Source of the DNA: Chiloscyllium plagiosum
Taxonomy: Eukaryota
DNA: 20,000 bases
Assembly: GCF_004010195.1 (NCBI RefSeq)
Contig: NC_057719.1
Span: forward strand, 76,726,081-76,746,080
Direction of reading: 5' to 3'
Shown here one piece after another: positions 9,850-19,177 of the stretch; position 1 is the stretch's first letter; the number at the start of each line of letters is the position of its first letter. The translations under genes and the position numbers were made by a program. Below the pieces are notes generated by a model. It made no database searches, was not told the DNA's origin, and saw only the letters and a list, made by a program, of their open reading frames with translations.

Positions 9850-10853
9850 CTGTGTACAGAGTTGTAACACATGCGGCCAGATATCTGTCCCGTCGTTTTT
9901 CTTAGTGCGCTTACACACTTCAACAAGATACGATCTTTGCGCTTGGAATCGTGGTGGAAATGTGAAGTCAATTAAACGTTTTCTTGACTTGGGTAGGATT
10001 TGAAAGTCATCCTCCAGTGACGGCAGCCCTAGAATATCGTAGCATGCAAAAGGCCTCCTGCAGAAGGAAAGGACCCCGCCCATCCCCCCCTCAGTGACTG
10101 CAAGATATTGAAAGTGCTCGAGACACCGAGTGAAGGGCTGTTGTCCACATGGAGCATCCTGATAGGAAAACACCAGATGCGCTGGCAGCTCTTCCCCCTT
10201 GCAAAGCTCAATGGTTGCCCCATGAATTAGAGATGGATGCACATCTGAAGGGGTCCGTAGAAGCACCATCCCAACATCCTTCCTACATCTCTTCCTCCTC
10301 TCCCCACTTCTTGTGTTGTCATTGCTGCCCAGGACCAAGCAATGCTTTGCAGGTTATGTACATCTTCAGCATCCAGTGAGAGGTATCCTGGATCTGGCTG
10401 TCCATGAGAGTTGCCAATCCTTCAATGGATGAAGGCAAGTAGGCAAATCACAGAGATATGGTAGCACTCCTCCTGAGAGATGAAGTCACTGCAGCTTCCT
10501 GACTTTCTGGAGCACAGAAATCTATCTGAGAGAAAACAGAGAGTTAGGGATAAGACCCCTACATCTTCCTCTATAATCGAAGTTTGCCATCCATATCCAT
10601 TTCTCTCAACCCTGATCTCCAGCATCTGCAGTCCTCACTTTCTCCTGTCCATATCCATTTGTCCAGTAGTAGACACATGAGCTGACAGCTTCTTCTCCCT
10701 TCAGTTGCAACTCCAGACTTGCCATCTGTGATTGCCCAACCACGCTGCATCTTTGCCCATTCAAGGACCTCCTCATCTGTAAGTGCCAGCAGGTGAATCA
10801 ATGATAATGCACCATCAGTCTTGGCTTCTCCTTGCTGTTGTGAGCTGTTTAAC
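9850..10853 (-). pseudogene. Harbinger Myb/SANT (NAIF1-like) accessory gene remnant, exons downstream of the Myb domain
   Basis: After the acceptor ttttccagcag it reads TAHNSKEK / AKTDGA...LALTDEEVLE..ITDGKSGV, resembling the AHN.RE..KTGGG...LT..EE..LE pattern. It then reads SIEGLATLMDSQIQ (~10390-10430) and has a basic C-terminus KRTKK (~9900). Frameshifts are present. Confidence 0.65.
10603..10647 (+). mobile_element. 45-bp Penelope-like 3' terminus with 13-bp TSD
   Basis: ctgatctccagcatctgcagtcctcactttc is homologous to the reverse complement of ~14556-14586. It is flanked by tccatatccattt at 10590-10602 and 10648-10660. Confidence 0.85.
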
Positions 10854-11485
10854 CTGCTGGAAAAAGCAGAAATGGTATTAGTCTCCACGTAATGGTCAGC
10901 TGGATATACTGAGGGTATCGCTCTGTCACGTCACAGAGGCTGCTGCAGTGACCTTAGAGGATGCAGAGTGTTCCAGTTTAGCTGCCAGTTAAAGATGGCA
11001 CCAGCACTTGTCTTTTCATCAGCTGACATGGCAATTGATGTCTTTCTGCCCACTCTACCATGTGATTGGACAGACTACACACCTCCATCTTGCAAATTGC
11101 CCAGCCATTTACATTCTTCCCAGTCAACAGCATGCCCACTTCTAGCTCTGTTGTCATAACCCCAGCCACAGTAATTAAATTCAACCCACCTCAATAAGCA
11201 CCATTGCTGCTTGATTAAAAAAAGGTATATTTTATACCTGACCCACATTATCTGCTCTGGAAGGGCTCAATGTCATATTCTGGGGAAAACCTGGCTTTCA
11301 TACTCAATGAGCATCATTACCTGATCCCCAAGAAAAATAGAGGGGAGAGTTTTCTGTAAGTTTAGCTCTACAACTTGGCACTCAAAGTAAATGGATGGGA
11401 GAGGAACTTGATAACCTCAAAGCCTCAGACAGTTATTTTCTAAACTTCATTCTTTCAGATTGTGGCTCTATCTTTGTCCTACTCC

Positions 11486-11560
11486 AAAATGCAAACAGAT
11501 AACACTGGAAAAAAACTCAATATGTCAGGAAACGCTAATGGGGAAAACACAAATCTGTTA
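11486..11560 (-). mobile_element. Degenerate Penelope-like terminal fragment
   Basis: aaacagataacactggaaaaaaactcaatatgtcaggaaac resembles aaacagaaattgctggagaaacttagtaagtgtggcagc at 6419-6457. Confidence 0.45.
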
Positions 11561-11624
11561 TGGGGTACTTGAAAACCCACATCTAGAACATCAACTTTGC
11601 CTTCCTCCTCAACCCTCTCCAGAG

Positions 11625-11820
11625 CTTCAGTAAAGAACTCTATCAGGTTTGTCAAACAGGACTTGCCTTTAACTAATCCATGCTGAAATTCATTTACAAA
11701 CTGATCATTTTTTTGAGTGGTACTAATTTTATCTCATATCGTTATTTCTAAAGGTTCCCTACACTAGATTGAATGGTTGTGTCTCTGGGTTTTCCCTTTT
11801 TGAACAAAATTATGCCACTT
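11625..11820 (-). mobile_element. CR1 RT internal fragment
   Basis: The minus strand encodes FQHGLVKGKSCLTNLIEFFTE, matching the CR1 RT motif QHGF.KG.SCLTNL.EFF. Confidence 0.88.
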
Positions 11821-11969
11821 ACAAGCAAACCTGAACTAAATTAATTTTATTTTCAATTTAATATTTATAGTCTAGCTGAATAAACTATTGAAATAATTGG
11901 AGGAAATGTTACATTTTGTGGATGAAGTAGGAAGTAGTGTGGGGTTGTTGGATATGCAAGCAAATTCTC

Positions 11970-12286
11970 CATTCATTCATGGGATGAGGGCTCGTTAGCA
12001 GTTATCGTCCATCCCTAATTGCCCATAGAGCAGTTAACAATCAACCACATTACAATGGGTCTGGAGTCACATGTAGGCCAGACCAGGTAAGGATGGCAGT
12101 TTCCTTCCCTAAAGGGCATTACTGAACCAGATGTGTTCTTTTCCCGACAATCAACAAATTCCAGATATTCATTGAATTCAAATTTCACCATCTGCCGTGG
12201 CAGGATTCAAACCCTGTTGCCTAGAACAGTATCTGGGTCTCTGGATTAACAGTCTATAAATAATTCTACTAGACTATCACCTCTCC
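11970..12286 (-). mobile_element. tRNA-derived SINE, second copy of the family at 9403-9738
   Basis: Shares blocks including tgggtctggagtcacatgtaggccaga, ttccctaaag, gacaatcaacaa and attgaattcaaat, and has an attcattcatgg tail. Confidence 0.9.
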
Positions 12287-12379
12287 AAATAGTGCTCTAC
12301 AGGAGGTAGCAACGCATGTCCTGAAGAAATTTGTCCTGATTTCAAGGCTTCTGCGGAAACCAACTGTACCCAAATATGG

Positions 12380-12680
12380 GTATAGGCTTCAGCATTCTCG
12401 ATGAAATACTTTACATTCCTCAACCCTCTCCAGATTGTCATCAAAGAGCAAAAGACAAAATCAAGTTAGACAAAGACCTTGAACAAATCCTTGCTGAATG
12501 TCACTTACAATCCCAATCCAAAGACTGGGAGGACCAGCAGAGGAGACTCAGAGTAGGCTAAGCTACTAGAAGAGAGAGGGAAGAGGAAGGGGGGAACAGG
12601 TCTCAGCAGGACGCTGTATCTGTCCAATGTGTACCACAACAATCATGGTGCTAACAGGTTTATGTTGGAAGGCTGTTTGC
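12380..12680 (+). mobile_element. Old RTE-clade LINE C-terminal relic
   Basis: Reads EILY...KDLEQILAECHL...KDWED..RRLRVG followed by CICPMC...TGL. This resembles the RTE C-terminus (LLY..KD.LK..LK.C.I...WE...WR..V..G and the CPxC...GL.SH zinc finger). Confidence 0.5.
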
Positions 12681-12785
12681 AATTCAACCATTGAGTGCCG
12701 AATAACCATGCAGCCTTGTGTTCCTGTCCAATTTTGTTAGCTCTTGAATTTTGTGCTGTGCAATCTGAATGATTGAAAAGGTACA

Positions 12786-13190
12786 GGGTGGAATTTTGGA
12801 ACTATGCCTGTGGTGGGATTGGAGGTAAGTGGGTTCTGAATTTCCCCTGGAGGGCCGGGAAATTGACTTTTTCAGATGGATCCACCATGATGCAGGCCAT
12901 TTCTACAAATAACAGCTCAGGCATGTGACAGATACTCACCCACAAGCAGCAGGTAGCGTTTGAGCCCATCCCATGTCAACTGGAGATTTCCAGTTCTCAG
13001 CGGCCAAACATAATCAAATAAGGGGCAGTGTACCTATAGGTCAAATCATTATGCTGGTGGGGAGGGATGAGCTTCATTGCCCAGTTTCAGCATCCATTCT
13101 CCCAGATGGCTGACTTACAGACTTCCACTTGCAGTCCTGTGCTCTCCTCCAAAATGGTGGTCTAGCAGTTTGTGGTTAAAGCCGCTCCAT
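12786..13190. mobile_element. Left portion of a Harbinger-related non-autonomous element (probably continues after the LTR)
   Basis: It starts with the TIR-like gggtggaatttt, similar to the terminus at 11177-11187. The right TIR was not identified. Confidence 0.4.
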
Positions 13191-13807
13191 TAACAAGGTT
13201 ATGGTGTCCTTGGTTGTTTTTCTTCAGAGAGGCCGTAAACGACACAAACTCCGAGAAGTCTGGCGTTGAAGGGTTTTAGGGCCAATTTGATAACAGCCAA
13301 CAGATACTGCCTCAGGCAGAAGGCTTTCAAGTTTTTAAAAATAACACTTGTATAATGAAAGGGGAGTGGCTAGTTCTCCCACCTCAGCTTTTCTCTGGTT
13401 TGGTTTGGTTTTGTTTTTAGCAGTAGTGTTATAAAGGTTGCTGGACCTATAGAAGCAGCTCCAAGGCTGGTACTCTCTCTTTGACATCTATCCTGTAAGA
13501 CCCTGTGTTTAATTTTACCTTTTGTGTCAAGGAGTGCTTATGGGGATTGTTGCAAGTATTTGGAACAGCATCATTAAGTTGGGACGATCTGTTGGGTTTT
13601 TGGACAGGTTAAGTTATTCAGTATTCTGTTTTCTGTTGTTTGTGTTTCATCCAGTAATCTTGTAAACAAATTCTGTTTTGTTTAAAACTAAGTGGTTTGC
13701 ATCTCTCCTGGAATCTCCACTTTGCACCTGTTTAAAACAACTAGCAAAGTTAGGGTCTGGGCTACCTTCTTGAAATGTTTTAAAGGAATCTGGCCTGGTC
13801 CATAACA
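13191..13807 (+). mobile_element. Solo LTR (~617 bp) with 4-bp TSD CCAT
   Basis: It ends ...ggtccataaca and begins taacaagg, with the terminal TG apparently lost. ccat flanks it at 13187-13190 and 13808-13811. There is a TATAAA near 13430 and a decayed polyA signal (aacaaa) near 13665. Confidence 0.85.
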
Positions 13808-13863
13808 CCATTGCATTCTCAATGATTTAAAAAGCGCTGAGAGGGCAAGTCCACCTTAAGACA

Positions 13864-13881
13864 CTCTCTCTCTCTCTCTCT
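13864..13881. repeat. (CT)n microsatellite
   Basis: A perfect ctctct run. Confidence 0.9.
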
Positions 13882-14099
13882 TCACTGAATTAGCAATCTT
13901 TAAGTCCTTCACATTGGGAGGGTCTCTTATTCACCTCCCAGCACTGGCATCGTCCAGTCAAGAATGTTCAGTTTTGCACAACCCACCTTGGTAAGGATAT
14001 ATTGACATTGGGCGTGCTTTAGCAACAACTCACTGGGATGGAACCTGATTTGAAAGGACAATACTTTAACGAATCGTGGGATGAATGTGTGTGGTGAAT

Positions 14100-14422
14100 G
14101 TTTCACCTCCAGACTCCACAAAGCCTATCCCCCAAGAGTGTGTGATGGAATACTCTCCACTTGACTGAATGCTAGCAGCTCCAAAAACCTCCAAGAATCA
14201 CCACCATTCAGGATAAAGCAGCTTACTTGATCGACAACTTTTCCACCATCTCAAACATTCACTCCCTCTCAGATCACAGTGGCAGCAAATGTGTACCACT
14301 TACAAGGTACACTGTTGCAGCTCATCAAGATTCATTCAAGCATGCCTTCCAAACCTTTACCATCTGCAGGACCACAGGCAGTAAATGCGTGAAAATGCAA
14401 CCACCTTAAAGTTTCCCTCCAA
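14100..14422 (+). mobile_element. L2/CR1-group LINE ORF2 C-terminal fragment (same family as 6048-6305)
   Basis: Translated pieces are TPQSLS, VMEYSPL, TIQDKAAYLI, NIHSL, TVAANVYH and accaccttaaagtttccctcc, the last overlapping the motif at ~6081. Confidence 0.82.
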
Positions 14423-15268
14423 ATTGACTTCAGGAAGTGGAGTGATGGACACAGTTCTGTCTGCATCAATACTTATGAAGTGGCAATGCTTGAGGTGATC
14501 GTGAAGTTCCGAGGAGTGATGATCAGTAATAATCTGTCCTGGTCCACCCAGGGCAGAAAGAGAGGTCTGCAGATACTGGAGATCAGAGTCGAAAAGTATG
14601 GTGCACAGTCAGTCAGGCAGCATCTGAGGTGCAGGAGAGTCGACATTTCGACCATTGCATTGACATTAGGAATGTCGATGCAATGGTCAAGAAAGCACAA
14701 CAATGTCCCTACTTCCTCAGGAGGCTAAGAAAATTTAGCATGTCCACAAGGAGTCTTCCCATTTTTTACGGATACACCATAAAAAGCATCATATCTGAAT
14801 GCTGCACAGTGTGGAATGGCAGGTGCTCTTCCCAAGACCACAAGAAACCACAGAGAGTCATGAACACAGCCCAATCCATCACACAAACCAGCCTTCCATC
14901 CATTGACTCCATTCATACTTCCCGCTGCCTCAGGAAAGCAAGCAATATAACCAAAGACCCCTCGCACTGTGGTTATACGTCTTCCACCCTCTTCTGTCAG
15001 GCAGAAGATACAAAAGTTCATATGCACATATGAATATACTCAAGAACAGCTTCTTCCCTGCTGTTATTAGACTTCTGAATACATTTTAAATTTAATGTCA
15101 ACTCGCTCTCTGTGCAACCTCTCTGCAGCCGTAACGTTGTATTCCTTGCTTTGTCCTATTATTCTAAAGCATTTTGTATGATATGACCTGCCTGTACTGC
15201 ACACAAAATAAAACTTTTCACTGTACCTTGGTACATGTGACAATAATAAAACAAGTCAAATCAAATCA
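14423..15268 (+). mobile_element. Rex1/Babar-clade LINE 3' portion, interrupted by a Penelope-like insertion
   Basis: Reads IDFRK..GH..VCIN, VKF(R)GVMISNNLSWST / VDAMVKKAQQCPYFLRRLRKFSMS, FYGYTIKSI, RCLRKASNITKDPSH and KNSFFPAVIRLLN. The 3' UTR has aataaa and an (aaatc)n tail. Confidence 0.9.
14551..14672 (-). mobile_element. Penelope-like terminal fragment inserted in the Rex1/Babar ORF
   Basis: The minus strand reads cGAAAtgtcgactctcctgcacctcagatgctgcctgac...ctgatctccagtatctgcagacc. Removing 14551-14672 rejoins the host frame as WSTH-VDAMVKK. Confidence 0.88.
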
Positions 15269-15339
15269 CAAAATTCTGATTTGGAACTGTATTGCTATTC
15301 TCATTACTGTCCTGAGGTCAAAATTCTGAAACTTGCTTC

Positions 15340-15470
15340 CTGTCCATACATCAGATGGAATGCACTGATTCAAGAATATAGTTCACCATCATCTTTTCAT
15401 AGGCAATTGGGGATTTGTAATAAAAGCTGGCCTACCAAGAGATACACATCCCATGAAAGGTTTGTTTTTT
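15340..15470 (+). mobile_element. 3' end of L2/CR1-group LINE (homologous to 6200-6305)
   Basis: Contains acatcagatgga...ttcaaga...ggcaattgggga...aataaaagctggccta...cacatcccatgaa. Confidence 0.75.
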
Positions 15471-15899
15471 AAAGTACATTGAACCGTAAATGGCAGGCAA
15501 GTGTCTATTTTGCCCAAGAACGAGTGGAAAATCTCCATTCAGTTGCAGAAGTTGGGAAAATCTGCAATAACCTGAAGAAAATGGGAGACAAGCATTTTGG
15601 CTGCATAAAGGCATGAAGGCCCCCAGTAAGCTATAATAGATGCACCAATATCATTTAAATTATCTAAGTCTTTACTAGAAGAAAACAAAACAGCATATGA
15701 TATTTCACAGTATTAAAGCTTGTGAAATGAAGAAATAAAAGTCTTCCAACACAAGTCTTCAGTTTTGTTACTATATAGAATTGCTACAAAAGTAAAAACA
15801 TTTAAACAGCAGCATTTAGATACTGCAGAATTTAAAACAGTTTGAAAGAAAACAGAATATGTGATCACATATGGGAGATATAATATTGCCAGTGAAAAA

Positions 15900-16900
15900 C
15901 AGTACCTTTTAAAGCATAACATTTAACATAAAAGTTCAGGAGAATCTATACATAATTGCACTAACAATTTTTACATATTAGATTAGCTTCCCGACAGTGT
16001 GGAAACAGGCCCTTTGGCCCAACCAGTCCACACCGACCCTCTGAAGAGTAACCCACCCAGACCCATTTCCCTCTGACTAATGCACCTAACACTATGGACA
16101 ATTTAGCATGACCTGGCCAGCACATCTTTGGATTGTGGAAAGAAACCGGAGTACCCGGAGAAAACCCACACAGACACAGGGAGAATGTGCAAACTCCACA
16201 CAGATAGTCACCCAAGGTCTGAATCAAACCTGGGACCCTGGTGCTGTGAGGCAGCAGTGCTAAGCACTGAGCCACCATGCCGCCCTGAAGTTTGAGCTGA
16301 GACCAAAGAGTTTGAAATCAGAATTCATGCGAGAAACAATGTTTGTTGGAATTATTGATGTGTCCCTGTCAGATTTATTAAGTCTGCAGAAAGTTTGACT
16401 TTGAAGAAAGCAATTCAAATTATGCTAGAAGCAGAAACTGGGAATGCTCACAAATAAATCTTGAGGTAAGAAAGACAATCTGAGCAGAAAAGAGGAAAGG
16501 AATTCACTCACTTGATAAAATATAAATTCCTAAAAAAGGATGTGACAAGCCAACACACCACGAGTTCACTGAATAGCAGATGTGAAGAGTCCGTGTCAGT
16601 GTATAGAATAAAAATGCCTCAAAGGCACAAGCAATGCAGATCTATGGCAAAGTAATGCTACATCTGTAAAACTATAGGCTACTCAAAATAACTTTCAGAT
16701 GTAGGATATAATTACAGGGCAGCAAAAAGGCAAATGCTCATTCACGTAACAATGTTAATGCAAGACAACCACAATCATTGAAAATATATCCAGACAACCA
16801 ACTCAGAACCTCTGTGTGTCGCTGGACATCCCATTGATTTTAAGCTTGGTTCAGTTGTAAATGTCACAGTGCGATTGAAATCAAGTACCAAGGCTGAAGA
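15900..16900 (+). mobile_element. Ty3/Gypsy gag-protease relic, interrupted by HE1
   Basis: GESIHNCTNNFYIL lies before the SINE. After it come EFMRETMFVGIIDVSLSDLL / LTLKKAIQIMLEAE, the decayed zinc knuckle QC....*CYICKTIGY, and VAGHPIDFKLGSVVNVTV (decayed FKLDTGA protease site), in the correct order. Confidence 0.7.
15977..16285 (-). mobile_element. Full-length HE1-type V-SINE
   Basis: It is homologous end to end with 4046-4376, with a ttagattag tail and a gccaccatgccgccc head. Confidence 0.96.
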
Positions 16901-17041
16901 AACAGAAGTTGAAATTATTTTATGCAGATGACATTATTTTCTAAATTAATGTTTCAGCATCTCTACAACAAAGAGTGAAAGATGGTTGAACATATACATT
17001 AAAGTCTCCATGAAACCTCCCACTTTGAGCCTACATGAATA

Positions 17042-17148
17042 TCTTCAGAACTGAGTTCTGAAGAAGACTCATACCTGACTCAAAATCTTAATTCTGTTTC
17101 TCTCTCCACAAACCTGCTGAGTTTCTCCAGCAATTTCTGCTTTTATCT
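17042..17148 (+). mobile_element. Penelope-like terminal fragment with inverted junction and decayed hammerhead core
   Basis: The palindrome tcttcagaact-g-agttctgaaga overlaps CTGAAGA-agactc-atacct-gactc-AAAA-tctta, followed by ctctctccaca..acctgctgagtttctccagcaatttctg. Confidence 0.82.
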
Positions 17149-18031
17149 ATATTTAATAGCATGGAATAGGTATTGCAAACAGTACTCCAGACTGTTTTAT
17201 TTTTGTATTTATTGAGATGTTTTATTCATTTAAGTACAAACTTAAACTTGGAAAGAAATGGGAACATCTGAGGTAATGACCTCCTTAAAAGGCTGCTCTA
17301 TAATCTCTACTAAAATATGACATATTAGTTGCAAGAGTAATTGTGTTCCTTGCTGCGCACAGAATTCATGGTGGATGATAGGTGTTTAACAACCCCACAT
17401 GCTGTCACAAAAAATTAGAAACGAGGAAGCACATTCAGCACATCTTAGTTCATTTATGCAGAATGATGTTAATAATCTCTCCCATTACTGTATGCATTTG
17501 TTAAATAGTTCATTCATTTGCTTATGCCACATGGCGATCACTCTTTGTGTAAAGATGAATTTCCTGAAATCCGTCTTAAAGTTATCTTTTCGATGAGTAT
17601 AAGCTTATGTGTCTATATTTATGACTAAAACAGATTATTTAGCCATTTGTGTTCTAAATGCTGTGGAGTCAATCCTGGTCAGAGTAGAGTGTTTCCACTC
17701 AACTTCCTTTCTTCTCTTTTAGCCTAACAAACTTGAGTTAAACAGATGGGACACTGTTACAGAAATGCAAATGAACAGCTAACAGAAACTTACATTAAAG
17801 AAACAAAAACTCAATCAAAACACAACTATCAGGAGTGATGACTCACCCAGCACCCGTGGTGCCCACTATTCTCTGAAGGCCTCTATCATACTGGTGAATA
17901 CTATTTGCTCCCTCTCTATAGACAGCTGAGCACGGGCATAACTGCAAAAGAGGGGAAGACACCCGGGTACAATAACCCCATCCCAGCAAGTGGCCTGAGC
18001 CTGTTGATGGCTACTTTGTCAAGCCCAGGAA

Positions 18032-18128
18032 CATTTCACCATCTGTCATCATGAGATTTGAACCTGTATCCCTGACATTAGCCTGGGGCTCTGGGTTACT
18101 AATCCAGTTACTATGCCACCACCTTCCC
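18032..18128 (-). mobile_element. 5' (tRNA head) fragment of the second SINE family
   Basis: atttcaccatctg...gatttgaacctg...ctctgggttactaatccag is homologous to 12181-12286. Confidence 0.75.
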
Positions 18129-18179
18129 AGCTAGCTTTATTTTCTATCTGGGTCTTACATCCTGTGCTTTTCACAACAG

Positions 18180-18365
18180 GGGACATGTTATGACACACCC
18201 CTGGAGCATGTGGGACTTCAACTTGGGATTTTCGGACTCAGAGGTAAGGATGTTAACATTGTACCCCAAGGCACTAACCTAATCTTCAAATTTTTTTATT
18301 CAACCTATTCCAACATCGTACGACACACCTCTAGCCCAGAAGTAGGGATGCTACAATACAGCACT
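18180..18365 (-). repeat. Two tandem decayed tRNA-like units
   Basis: gacacacccctggagc...ctcagaggtaaggatgtta and gacacacctctagcccagaagtagggatgcta are related. The first unit has A-box-like (ggtacaatgtta) and B-box-like (agttgaagtcc) motifs on the minus strand. Confidence 0.55.
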
Positions 18366-18619
18366 ATTCTCTAACAGTGGTAGAGAATAACACACTAATT
18401 ATTCTCAAACAGAAGGTGTACTTTATTTCATGATCAAATTGGTAGAAGTTGCATTAGCTAATTAGAAATAATTATTGAGATTATTAGGAGCAAGGGATTT
18501 CATGGCTAACCCAATCAAGATCTTGGGCTAGACTCTCAAGTTCTCCACCAAAAAACTGTTTGGCAACAAAGATGGAGTGGAAAATAATACAGTCTTTAAC
18601 ATTACCCCTTCACAGCAAT

Positions 18620-18880
18620 TAATTCTGTTTGTGTGTGCAAATTTGGTGCCCCATTTCTTACATTATAAGAGTGATCCCACTTCATAAAGTCATGGAGTCA
18701 TATAGGTCTGCAAAACAGAAAAAGCCCCTTTGACCCATCAGACTGCACAGTCAAAAACAAGGACCTAAGTATTGTAATCCATTTTCCAACAAAAGGATTA
18801 ATTTACAAGTGTTTAATCAGATGGTAGTCACATCCATTGGTTGTGAACGTTTCTATATACAGTAAATGTATGTTTTTTTA
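18620..18880 (+). mobile_element. DeuSINE (SacSINE1/AmnSINE1-like) 3' remnant, split by a CR1 3' fragment
   Basis: gtgtgcaaatttggtgccccatttcttacattataagagtgatcccacttcataaagt, and later tccattggttgtgaacg...taaatgtatgtttt, resemble the recalled Deu-domain and tail consensus. Confidence 0.6.
18688..18791 (-). mobile_element. CR1-clade 3' UTR fragment
   Basis: It has a gtcatggagtcata tail and acagaaaaagcccctttgacccatc, the antisense CR1 3' stem-loop. Confidence 0.65.
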
Positions 18881-18899
18881 GCCATCTTACTTACCTCTG

Positions 18900-19060
18900 T
18901 GAGATCACCTCTCGGATACCTCTTCTCTTAAGCTCTCAGTCCTTTCTTATTATTCATAGACTCTTGATTTCGCTCCATACTGCGTCAGAACTTTGTGTCT
19001 CTTGTTTCTTGGTGACCAGAACTCAATGTACTATTCAAAGTGTGGTCTAATCAAAACAGA
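18900..19060 (-). mobile_element. Old CR1 ORF2 fragment
   Basis: Contains gagatcacctct (minus strand RGDL) and ggtgaccagaactcaatgtactattcaaagtgtggtctaa (minus strand RPHFE....FWSP). Confidence 0.65.
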
Positions 19061-19177
19061 ACTGAGTTCTTTGATTATTGCATTTTATTTTTCATCTCCT
19101 ATTGCTTGACAAATGCATTGTTAATTGTTACTTTTTATCAGTTGGAAATATTTAATGCCAAATCTCTTCCAACTTTA

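Larger units (their letters stand above)
8980..11187. mobile_element. Decayed PIF/Harbinger DNA transposon (3' part of transposase plus convergent Myb/SANT-like gene plus one TIR)
   Basis: See the component features below. The right end aaattcaaccc (11177-11187) is the reverse complement of gggttgaattt and matches gggtggaattt at 12786 at 10/11 positions. The element is interrupted by a SINE and a Penelope-like fragment. Confidence 0.7.

Noticed and set aside
9814..10338. 174-aa ORF as a novel intact host gene
   Set aside because: There is no recognisable domain. Transposon-like motifs are spread over different frames within a decayed Harbinger.
11177..12797. aaattcaaccc / gggtggaattt as the TIR pair of one element
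   Set aside because: The orientation is outward-facing (a right end, then a left end), so they belong to separate copies.
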